DNA of 64,000 nt from an uncultured Gemmatimonadales bacterium (GCA_963730185.1 CAVSQW010000012.1:64001-128000); one strand, 5' to 3'. Counted from the first letter of the stretch, positions 54,051-61,735 are shown. Notes: generated by a model from the letters alone, not told the origin. Numbers and translations: made by a program.

Positions 54051-54491
54051 ATGGATCGCGGAACTCGAGGTATGACGCTTCTGGAAGTTCTTGTGGCGCT
54101 TTCGCTTATTGGCGCTTTGGCCGGGCTTGGGTTCGCCACCGCCGCCCGCTGGCGCGACCGGGAGTCGGTGGAGACGGCAGCAGGGCGGCTGCTCGAAGCG
54201 TACCGGAGGACCCAGTCGGTGGCGCGCGCCTGGGGTCGGCCGGCGGAGCTTCTGGTCACGCCGGACTCGCTGATCATCCGGGCGGTCTGGCTGGGGGAGT
54301 CTACCGAGGTCTGGCGGGGGCCCGGTCCGGGGCTGGCGGGCGTCGGGCTAGCTCCCAGCCGACACGTCGCCGCGTTCCTCCCGAGCGGACTGGCCACCGG
54401 GGCCTCGAACGTGACCCATGTGTTGACCCGTGGAGCGGCACACCGACGGGTGGTGGTGTCGCGGATCGGGCGGGTGCGGGTGGGGCCGTGA
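54051..54491 (+). CDS. Prepilin-type (GspH/FimT-like) protein
   Basis: Class III signal RG|MTLLEVLVALSLIGALAG; C-terminal VVVSRIGRVR. Confidence 0.8.
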   Translation: MDRGTRGMTLLEVLVALSLIGALAGLGFATAARWRDRESVETAAGRLLEAYRRTQSVARAWGRPAELLVTPDSLIIRAVWLGESTEVWRGPGPGLAGVGLAPSRHVAAFLPSGLATGASNVTHVLTRGAAHRRVVVSRIGRVRVGP

Positions 54492-54565
54492 TGTCGGGCG
54501 GGGCCGAAAACCGGCGCTCGGGCCGGGAGTCAGCCGGCCCGAGCGTCGCGAGTCAAGAGTCGCGC

Positions 54566-54997
54566 TCAGCTCCGCGAGAGCGCCGAGTCCCGGTCCAAGC
54601 CGTACTTACGAATCTTCGCAAGCAAGGTGGAGCGGGCGATGCCGAGCAGGTGGGCCGCGTTGCGCCGGTTACCGCGCGTGTGGCGCAGCATCGCCCCGAT
54701 GTGCCGCTTCTCCACGGCCTCGAGCGACTCAGGCTGGCCGCCGGCCCCGGAGAGCACGGCCCGGAGCTGATCCCAGTCGAGGCCGGGCAAGCTCGGATCG
54801 ATCAGGACGGCATCGATGGCCGGCGACGCCAGCGCCGCGCTGGCGCCCTCAGCGGTCTCCTGGACCACGGGCTGATGTCCCTGGCTCCGGATCGCGTCCG
54901 CGAGCGATTCGATGACCGGAGCCCGGGCGCTGGCGATCAGCACGTTGAGCCGCCGGCCCGTCGTAACCTCCGGGATGGTTGAACCAATCATGAGCAT
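54566..54997 (-). CDS. Degenerate REC-like + Fis-type HTH protein, no AAA+ domain
   Basis: NVLIAS..AIDAVLIDPSLPG; ESLEAVEKRHI..TRGNRRNAAHLLGIARSTLLAKIRKYGL. Confidence 0.85.
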   Translation of the reverse strand: MLMIGSTIPEVTTGRRLNVLIASARAPVIESLADAIRSQGHQPVVQETAEGASAALASPAIDAVLIDPSLPGLDWDQLRAVLSGAGGQPESLEAVEKRHIGAMLRHTRGNRRNAAHLLGIARSTLLAKIRKYGLDRDSALSRS

Positions 54998-55139
54998 AAT
55001 CCTCGAAGCCGGGGTGGATCGCAATGCCGGGACCCCACTGGCGCCCGGGATGTGACGAATGCTGGTCGATGTAACTTATGACGTTCGAGGCGGGGTGATC
55101 TTGTACGCGCCAGGTTGAGCGTCAGGATTCTAGACTGAC

Positions 55140-55186
55140 AAAAAAGTGAACGGCCGCACAGGCTTGTGACCTGTCGCGGCCGCTCA
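55140..55186 (-). terminator. Rho-independent terminator
   Basis: Minus: TGAGCGGCCGC-G-ACAGG-TCACAAG-CCTGT-GCGGCCGTTCA-C-TTTTTT; a G.U pair on minus would be an A.C mismatch on plus. Confidence 0.85.
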
Positions 55187-55533
55187 GCGGACGGACTACC
55201 CGAAGTCGGGGCTTTCACCGCCGTTCTTCTTCCTGCCGCCGCCTCGAAGCTGATCCGCTCCGGAGGTAGGGCACAGGAGCTTCGGGATTCGATTCCCAGG
55301 CCGGAGGGCCTCCCCCACCTGGTTCATCCATCCCGGCGCTGCGAGTCGGATCGGGTCGCGGACCGACCCTTCGCACTGCACCCCGAGGCGCCAGATCGGG
55401 GCGGGTGAAGCACGCGACCGGCTTCACCAACTCGACCGGAGTGATCACCGGGATCGACGGTCCCCCCACGAACGGGTTCGACTGGGGTCCCTCCCCCGAC
55501 TGTTCGATCGAGCCGCATCTCGCGGTTCGCGTC
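55140..55533 (-). ncRNA. Candidate ~400-nt structured non-coding RNA (unassigned family)
   Basis: Bounded by a sigma54 match and a terminator; multiple perfect hairpins; long-range stem 55204-55211 / 55494-55501; no convincing ORF. Confidence 0.55.
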
Positions 55534-55544
55534 GTGGCCGGAAA

Positions 55545-55559
55545 GCCACGACCCTGCCA
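55545..55559 (-). promoter_or_regulatory. Sigma54 -24/-12 promoter candidate
   Basis: Minus TGGCAGGGTCGTGGC(T): GG-N10-GC with TGGCA. Confidence 0.6.
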
Positions 55560-55697
55560 CGCGACGCCCTTCCAAGCTAGGGGCTTCCGAAAACTCCGCA
55601 AGCGCCTTTGTTTCTTCGGGTTACGTCATTCGATGTGCTTCGGTCAGGAGCCCGGAATGACCCCGCCGACACGGGCTTACGACGCTTCACCACGCCG

Positions 55698-55719
55698 TGT
55701 GGAAATGTGTATCCACATT
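55698..55719. promoter_or_regulatory. Overlapping palindromes, candidate protein-binding site
   Basis: TGTGGA-N8-TCCACA and AATGTG-N4-CACATT. Confidence 0.55.
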
Positions 55720-55776
55720 GCCAGTGGAGAACTTCCTGCTGGGAGGGAGAAACCGCGGTCCCGTGAGCTGCGGCGG

Positions 55777-56391
55777 TCAGCTCTCGAGGCCGACTTCGAC
55801 GTACCGGTAGGACGCTTCCTCGTCCTTCGGGGCGAAGAGCGCACCCGCCGCCGTGGCGGCGAACCACCCTCCCACCCAGGGCCGGGGCGCATCGAGCTGC
55901 TCGACGATCGCCCGAAACCATCGGTGGATGTGCCGCACCTCCGGCGCCCGTCGTCCCAGCAAGGCCAGCAGGGCCCCAGCCCCGGAAGTGGCCCGAAGGA
56001 AGTGCGCCAGGGCATGGGCTCGCTGCGAAAACTCGACCGCCTTGACCCCCGGCTCGTCGAACAGCACCCGGCCCTCGAAAACATCCATCGGCGGGGCGTC
56101 GAGCCGGGGACCGAGATAGACGTAGTTCCGACCCTCCGGCGTCCGCCGCTCCACGACCGCCGCAGCCGTCTCGCTGGTGAGGCGAACCGCCTGCACCATG
56201 TCCTCGTCCTGGAGGATCCCCACGGCCTGGGTCCACTCCAGCGCCGCCAGGGCGGTCTCGATCGGGCAGCCCGTCGCGTCGTCGAAGGCGATCAATCGGG
56301 GGGCCTCGCCCGCCCGGAGCAGAAAATGGGACAGCCCCTCGGCTCGGTCCAGAAAGGTGCGAACGGCGAGGCTCCCAGGGGTCGGTGTCAT
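55777..56391 (-). CDS. Hypothetical protein (204 aa) with internal two-fold repeat
   Basis: AVRTFLDRAEGLSHFL ~ KAVEFSQRAHALAHFL; RNYVYLG ~ YRYVEVG; TATCAT -10 just upstream of ATG. Confidence 0.8.
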   Translation of the reverse strand: MTPTPGSLAVRTFLDRAEGLSHFLLRAGEAPRLIAFDDATGCPIETALAALEWTQAVGILQDEDMVQAVRLTSETAAAVVERRTPEGRNYVYLGPRLDAPPMDVFEGRVLFDEPGVKAVEFSQRAHALAHFLRATSGAGALLALLGRRAPEVRHIHRWFRAIVEQLDAPRPWVGGWFAATAAGALFAPKDEEASYRYVEVGLES

Positions 56392-56449
56392 TCCGCAATG
56401 ATAGACGCCGGGAAGCCGGCGCGCGAGTGGGCGGGGTCTCGAGTCGTTA

Positions 56450-56478
56450 TTGACAAACCCCTAACCGCCGGAGACTAT
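56450..56478 (+). promoter_or_regulatory. Sigma70 promoter of the cold-shock gene
   Basis: TTGACA-N17-GACTAT, giving a ~120-nt 5' UTR. Confidence 0.65.
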
Positions 56479-56606
56479 ATCGAAGCGAGCAAGCCTTTCC
56501 GTCTGAGCCCAAGCGCCCGCACCCGCGCGGCCAATCCGGCCCGGAGTCAGGTGTACTCCGGCCACGTTTCGAGCCCCTGGCTCCAACTCTGACGAGGTCG
56601 ACTGTG

Positions 56607-56816
56607 ATGGCCAAAGGCACCGTCAAGTGGTTCAACGATGCAAAGGGATTCGGCTTCATCTCTCAGGACGGCGGCAAGGACGTCTTCGTCCATCACACCG
56701 CGATCATGATGGACGGCTTTCGCTCCCTCGCCGAGGGCGACCAAGTGGAGTTCGAGGTGGTGGATGGTCCCAAGGGCGGGCAGGCGTCGCACGTCAAGCG
56801 ACTGCAGCTGAACTGA
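56607..56816 (+). CDS. cspA: Cold-shock domain protein
   Basis: [35 protein letters not shown]. Confidence 0.95.
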   Translation: MAKGTVKWFNDAKGFGFISQDGGKDVFVHHTAIMMDGFRSLAEGDQVEFEVVDGPKGGQASHVKRLQLN

Positions 56817-56834
56817 CGGGGCGGGCCCGGCCCG

Positions 56835-57254
56835 CTACTTGGCGCGGCGGCGGCCCGCGGGCTTCTTGGCGGCCTTGACCGCCTTCTTGGCCCGGGAGGC
56901 CGGCTTGGCCTTGGCCTTGGGCTTGGTCGGCGCCTTGGCCTTGGCCTTGACCTTGGCCTTCGAGGCTCCGCTCTTCCTGGCTTTCTCGCGCTCCGCCGCC
57001 CGTTCGGCCCGCTTCTCGGCGGCCGCCTTGACCTCGGCGACTACCCGCTCGGTTTCTTCCTCGGCCATCAGGTTGCGCCGAACCGCGTAGTGGAGGACCT
57101 CCTCGGCGTCGGCGATCTGGAACTCGCCCATCCGGGCAGCGGCCTTGATGAGCCCCACGAAAGCATCAGCGACCGGGTTGCGCAGCACCGACGCGATCCC
57201 CGGCAGGGTTTCCAACAGCGACGTGATCTGGGTGCCGCCTAGCTCCGTAGCCAC
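56835..57254 (-). CDS. Small protein with Lys/Ala-rich (histone H1-like) C-terminal tail
   Basis: AAGGAGG SD before GTG; tail KAKVKAKAKAPTKPKAKAKPASRAKKAVKAAKKPAGRRRAK. Confidence 0.85.
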   Translation of the reverse strand: MATELGGTQITSLLETLPGIASVLRNPVADAFVGLIKAAARMGEFQIADAEEVLHYAVRRNLMAEEETERVVAEVKAAAEKRAERAAEREKARKSGASKAKVKAKAKAPTKPKAKAKPASRAKKAVKAAKKPAGRRRAK

Positions 57255-57294
57255 GAGCCCTCCTTAGCCGACCGTCCCGTCCGATCGGGGGGGC

Positions 57295-57324
57295 AACGTA
57301 TCACGCGGGACGGCGCCCCGTCAA
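57295..57324 (-). promoter_or_regulatory. Sigma70 promoter candidate for the Lys/Ala-tail gene
   Basis: Minus TTGACG-N18-TACGTT with extended TG. Confidence 0.55.
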
Positions 57325-57353
57325 GAAACATCGTTAGGCGTGCCTGGGAGTAG

Positions 57354-58463
57354 TTAGAACGACTTCCGAAGAAACACCGAACCACCGATCCCCTTGATGC
57401 TCTGGCCCACCCCGGATACCTCGAGCCTCCCGGTGTCGATCCGGGCCGCCGGTGAGAGCGTCAGCCCTCCGCCCAGCTCCAGCCCCAGACCCACTTCACC
57501 ACCGCCCATCCAGCCCGTGGCCGGTCCCTGGCTGGTCCAGCGAGCTCCGAGCCCCAGCTGGACACTGACCCGCGGTCCCTGATCGATCCTGAGGATCGCA
57601 TCGCCGGCGGTCAGCTTCTCCGCGTTCGCGACCACGACGCCTACGGTATCGCCTTGGCTCCGCTGAAAATGCCACCCGCTCAAAGTCAGCAGGGCCCGCC
57701 GGCCCACCGGGGCCGTGACCGAAGCCTCGCCGATCCACCGGGGGCCCGGTTGATACAGTCCCTCGGCCGCCGTTCCCGACGAGTACTGGTCGGTGCCGAA
57801 GGTGCTGTAGGTGAAGCCGCCTTCGATCCGGGACCTGCCGATCGAGCGGTCCACCCCGACCCGGATCCGACCTTCGACCCCCGGCCGATAGCTCAACACT
57901 CCGGTCGGGTCGTCGAACGGGGTATACCGGCTGCTCACCCGCACGCTCCCCGCCAACCCGACGTTCCAAGCCCCGGCCGGCAGCGCCAGCGCCAGTCCGC
58001 TGGTGGCGGAGAACCCGCTCCCGTAGGCGTTGACCGGGAGGGCCAGAAAGCTCGAGGAGATCGCGCCCAGGACCGGAAAGTCGGCGAGGGTCAGCCGGTC
58101 CAGCCCGGTCGGGAGGTTGAGCATCACCGTGACGACCGCCAGGTCGCGGCCGAGCGTCAGGCTCCCCCGCACTTGGGTATCGGTCAACCCGGAGAGGGTC
58201 CGCTCGCCGCGAGGCCCGAGGGAGAGAGTGCTGGACGCGTACCCGCCGCCGATGTCGACCACGAACCGCCCGAGCGTCGCCACGGCGCCGAAGGGGACCA
58301 CCGACTGGCGGACCGTCGCCCCGGTGGAGTCGTCGCCGATCTTGAAGCGGCGGAACTCCGCCCCGGCGACGACGGCCGAGCTCCGCACGGGCGCTTGGGC
58401 GCGCACCGCCCCGGGCAGGGCCAGCCCTCCGGCCAGCGCCACGACCAGCCTTCGCCGGATCAC
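57354..58463 (-). CDS. Hypothetical outer-membrane beta-barrel protein
   Basis: Signal peptide AVRA-Q, amphipathic beta strands, C-terminal GGSVFLRKSF (BAM beta-signal-like). Confidence 0.75.
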   Translation of the reverse strand: MIRRRLVVALAGGLALPGAVRAQAPVRSSAVVAGAEFRRFKIGDDSTGATVRQSVVPFGAVATLGRFVVDIGGGYASSTLSLGPRGERTLSGLTDTQVRGSLTLGRDLAVVTVMLNLPTGLDRLTLADFPVLGAISSSFLALPVNAYGSGFSATSGLALALPAGAWNVGLAGSVRVSSRYTPFDDPTGVLSYRPGVEGRIRVGVDRSIGRSRIEGGFTYSTFGTDQYSSGTAAEGLYQPGPRWIGEASVTAPVGRRALLTLSGWHFQRSQGDTVGVVVANAEKLTAGDAILRIDQGPRVSVQLGLGARWTSQGPATGWMGGGEVGLGLELGGGLTLSPAARIDTGRLEVSGVGQSIKGIGGSVFLRKSF

Positions 58464-59788
58464 GGGCGGGGGATGGTGATGAGGATGTCGCCGAGCGCCC
58501 CGATCGTCGACGGGTCGTCCTGCCCCAAGGCCTCGCTCAGGCGCGACTTGACGAGCGGGCTCCGGCTCAGCATTCGCTGACCCAGCCGCCCGCCCAAACT
58601 CGGCGCGATGACCTGGAGCGCATCGCGAAGCGACTGGATCCGACCGATCCGGATGCCGTCGAGCCGGGGGATCTGTCCGGCGGCGATCCCGGCGAGAATT
58701 CGAGCCGGCTCACGCAGGGCGGCCGAGAACCGGATGGCGTCGCGGGCCCGGGCCCGGGCGGCACCGAACGACGGATCGCGGCGGGCGGCGGCGTCGAAGG
58801 CGGCGGCCGCCGCCGTGTAGTTGCCCCGGTCTTCGTCGAGCAGGCCCCGGCTGAAGGCCAGGAACGCCTGGAGATCCTGGGTCGGGCGCTCGGAGATCGC
58901 CTGGCGCTCCACCGGCGAGAGCGTGACGCCCAGCTGATCCAGCAGGGAAAACACCACGGTCTTTTCCATCGCGAACAGTTGGGCCAGCTGGTCGGTCGCG
59001 CTCCCGCTCGCCGCCACCGCCCCCGAGGTCGTCGTGACCGCGGAGGCATCGAGCCGGAGCCCGCGCTGGCCGCCGGCCTCTCGGAGGGTGCCCTCCACGA
59101 CCCGCGCCGCCCCGAGCAGCCGGCCGGATCGGGCGGCGGTCCGGGCATCGACGCGGGCGCCGTCCCCGAGCTTCAGCTCGTCGACCAGGGCCTGGACCCG
59201 CTCGCGCTCCAACAGGCGGAGCGAGCGCACTTGGGAAAGATCGGTGACGACCAGGTGCGCGAGCCCCCGTTCCAGTGGACGGAGCGAATCGGCGCTGCCG
59301 AGATACGTCCACGGCAACACCGCGATCGCGTTCGGGACGGGAGCCGCCCGGGACAGCTCCCGCTCGCGGGCGATCGCATCGCGCGCCGCCTGCGACAAGG
59401 CCTGTCGGGTCACCGCGATCCGCCGCGTCTCGAGCTCCCGCCGCTCGTCGCCGGAGCCGGCCAACGGCTCCGCTCGCTGATAGACGGCCAGGGCGCTGTC
59501 GAACCGCGCCAGTCCCTCGTAGCTCAGCCCCAGATAGGTGAGCATTGGAAAGGAGGGGTGGAGCGTCGCCCCGGCGGCGAGCACGTCGCGCGATCGCTCC
59601 AGCTGCCCGGCGCGGTAGTAGGCAACGCCCAAACGGAGCTCGAGCTGGGCGTCGTTGGGGTGCTGGGCGTGATCGGCTTCGAGAGCCGCGAGCTCCGAGG
59701 GAGACGGCGCGACGTCGGGCGGCCGGACGGCGGAGGCACAACCGACCAGCGGAAGGGCGAACCAGGAGAGGAGGATTTTCGATCGCAT
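58460..59788 (-). CDS. Lipoprotein with TPR repeats and a CsgG/TolB_N-like domain
   Basis: Lipobox LVGC; LGVAYYRAG / YLGLSYEG TPRs; IAVLPW..TDLSQV..LLERERVQALVDELKL..AARSGRLLGA. Confidence 0.8.
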   Translation of the reverse strand: MRSKILLSWFALPLVGCASAVRPPDVAPSPSELAALEADHAQHPNDAQLELRLGVAYYRAGQLERSRDVLAAGATLHPSFPMLTYLGLSYEGLARFDSALAVYQRAEPLAGSGDERRELETRRIAVTRQALSQAARDAIARERELSRAAPVPNAIAVLPWTYLGSADSLRPLERGLAHLVVTDLSQVRSLRLLERERVQALVDELKLGDGARVDARTAARSGRLLGAARVVEGTLREAGGQRGLRLDASAVTTTSGAVAASGSATDQLAQLFAMEKTVVFSLLDQLGVTLSPVERQAISERPTQDLQAFLAFSRGLLDEDRGNYTAAAAAFDAAARRDPSFGAARARARDAIRFSAALREPARILAGIAAGQIPRLDGIRIGRIQSLRDALQVIAPSLGGRLGQRMLSRSPLVKSRLSEALGQDDPSTIGALGDILITIPRP

Positions 59789-59866
59789 GGGCGTAGGCGA
59801 CCGCGATCGGTCGAGTCCTCGGGAAGTTAGGCCGGCCGCCGGCCTGGTGAAAGGCCGTGCGAGACG

Positions 59867-60565
59867 CTATTGAGGCACCGTGAAGAGGCGGCCCCAGCGC
59901 ACGTTGGTGATAAAGGGCAGCGGCTTGTAGGTGTCGGGATTGTAGCTGAAATAGACCAGGAGCGGGCGACCCCGGACGTTGCCCCGGGGGAGAAAGCCCC
60001 AGTAACGGCCGTCGTACGATCCGTCCCGATTGTCTCCCATCATGAAGAAGGAGTCGGCCGGCACCACGATCGGGCCCCAATTGTTGGCATCCGGGTGGTA
60101 GCTCGCCGTGTCGCCGCCGAGGTAGTGGCCCAACTGCCAGCGCCGCATCTGGGCCCGACCGAGCGGATCGGCATTGGCCGTCGGGTCGGTGCGGATGACC
60201 CAGGGCTCCTTGGCCTGATGACCGTCACGGTAGAGCAGCCCGTTCTCCATCATCAGAGTGTCGCCGGGCACGCCGATCAGCCGCTTGACCACCTTGAGGC
60301 CCTTTTCCTCGACCGAGTCGAAGACCAGGATCTCGTTGCGGCGGGGCTCCCGAACGGCCGGCAGACGCTCGTGCACCAGCGGGATCTCGGCGCCGTAGAG
60401 CAGCTTGTTGACGAACAGGAAGTCGCCGATCAGCAGGGTGTTTTCCATGCTGCCCGACGGAATCCGGAACGCCTCGACCAGAAACGTCCGGAGGAAGAAC
60501 CAGACGATCAGCGCGACGACGATCGACTTGAGCCATTCCCAGAGCCAGCGGCCTGCGCGTGACAT
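59867..60565 (-). CDS. lepB: Signal peptidase I
   Basis: FRIPSGSMENTL, GDFLFVNK, VKRLIGVPGD, MGDNRDGSYDGR. Confidence 0.95.
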   Translation of the reverse strand: MSRAGRWLWEWLKSIVVALIVWFFLRTFLVEAFRIPSGSMENTLLIGDFLFVNKLLYGAEIPLVHERLPAVREPRRNEILVFDSVEEKGLKVVKRLIGVPGDTLMMENGLLYRDGHQAKEPWVIRTDPTANADPLGRAQMRRWQLGHYLGGDTASYHPDANNWGPIVVPADSFFMMGDNRDGSYDGRYWGFLPRGNVRGRPLLVYFSYNPDTYKPLPFITNVRWGRLFTVPQ

Positions 60566-60577
60566 GCGGTTCCCGTC

Positions 60578-61681
60578 CTACTCGACCCAGTCGGCGATGA
60601 AGAGGTTGGTCTCGTGGGGCGAGTTGCCGTGGCGGTTCGACGCCCACACCAGCTTCTTGCCGTCCGGGCTCCACATCGGGAAGCCGTCGAAGCCCTCGAA
60701 CGTGGTCACCCGCTCGAGGCCGGTGCCGTCGTCGTTGACCAGGTAGAGGTCGAACTTCCCGCTGTGCGGCTCGGGGTGGTTGCTCGAGAAGATGATCCGA
60801 TGCCCATCGGAGTTCCAGAACGGCGCGAAGTTGGCGCCGCCCAGGTGGGTGATCTGGTGGGGATCGCTGCCGTCGGCGTTGGCGACCCAGAGCTCCACCT
60901 TCGCGGGCCGGACCAGGCGCCGGGCCAGAAGCTGGAGGTAGTCGGCCGAGTCGGCCGCGGTGACCGGATACCCGGCCCGCCACACGATCCGGGTTCCGTC
61001 GGGAGAGAAGAACGCGCCCCCGTCATACCCGACCCGGTTAGTGATCCGCCGGACGTCGGTGCCATCGAGGTTCATCGTGTAGAGCTCGATGTCGCCGTCG
61101 CGGGTGCTGGTGAAGATGATCTTCTTCCCGTCGGGCGAGACCGTGGCTTCGGCGTCGTAGGCGCTGTCCGAGGTCAGCCGCTGGAGATCGGAGCCGTCAA
61201 GCTTGGAGGTGAAGATGTCGAAGTAGCCGAGCGGCCAGACGTAGCCCGCCGACTGGTCCGGCGGCGGTGGGCAGGCCGAATCGTGCTGAAAGCTGGAGCT
61301 GTAGAGTACCCGGGTGTCGTTGGCGTAGAAGTAGCCGCAGGTCGTGCGCCCCAGGCCGTTGGAGATCCGCCGCATGCCGGAGCCATCGACGTTCATGATG
61401 TACTCCTGATCGCACGCCGAATCCACCTTCTCCTGGCGCTGGAAGATCAGTTTGGTGCCCGAGCCAGAGAAATACGACTCGGCGTTGTTCCCGCTGAAGG
61501 TCATCTGCCGGATGTGCTCGAGGTGGGTCTCGCCCGAATCGGGGTCGACGAAGACCTGGCTCGCCGCGGAGCCGCCCGCGGTGTCGGCGACCGAGGAAGA
61601 GCCGGCATCGGAGCGCCCCGAGCCGCCGCAGCCGATCATCGCCGCGAGGCCGAGCACCGACGCCATCGAGAATGTACGCAT
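60578..61681 (-). CDS. TolB-like PD40 beta-propeller lipoprotein
   Basis: Lipobox MIGC; repeated SPDGKKIIF / SPDGTRIVW / SPDGKKLVW blades. Confidence 0.88.
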   Translation of the reverse strand: MRTFSMASVLGLAAMIGCGGSGRSDAGSSSVADTAGGSAASQVFVDPDSGETHLEHIRQMTFSGNNAESYFSGSGTKLIFQRQEKVDSACDQEYIMNVDGSGMRRISNGLGRTTCGYFYANDTRVLYSSSFQHDSACPPPPDQSAGYVWPLGYFDIFTSKLDGSDLQRLTSDSAYDAEATVSPDGKKIIFTSTRDGDIELYTMNLDGTDVRRITNRVGYDGGAFFSPDGTRIVWRAGYPVTAADSADYLQLLARRLVRPAKVELWVANADGSDPHQITHLGGANFAPFWNSDGHRIIFSSNHPEPHSGKFDLYLVNDDGTGLERVTTFEGFDGFPMWSPDGKKLVWASNRHGNSPHETNLFIADWVE

Positions 61682-61735
61682 GTATTTGACAACCCTGGCC
61701 GAGAGAAACCGGCCGCAATATAGAGGCATCGGCCG

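Noticed and set aside
55270..55490. tmRNA/tRNA-like fragments on the plus strand (GGGATTCGATTCCC; GAACGGGTTCGACT)
   Set aside because: No acceptor stem, no 5' GGGG or 3' CCA, no tag ORF ending in ALAA-like residues; the terminator indicates minus-strand transcription
55140..55560. RNase P RNA identity for the structured region
   Set aside because: The conserved GAGGAAAGUCC and 3' ACAGAA..CGGC P4 elements are absent on both strands
55405..56592. 395-aa plus-strand ORF and other ORFs spanning the 55-kb gap
   Set aside because: Antisense shadow of the 204-aa gene, with no motifs and atypical composition
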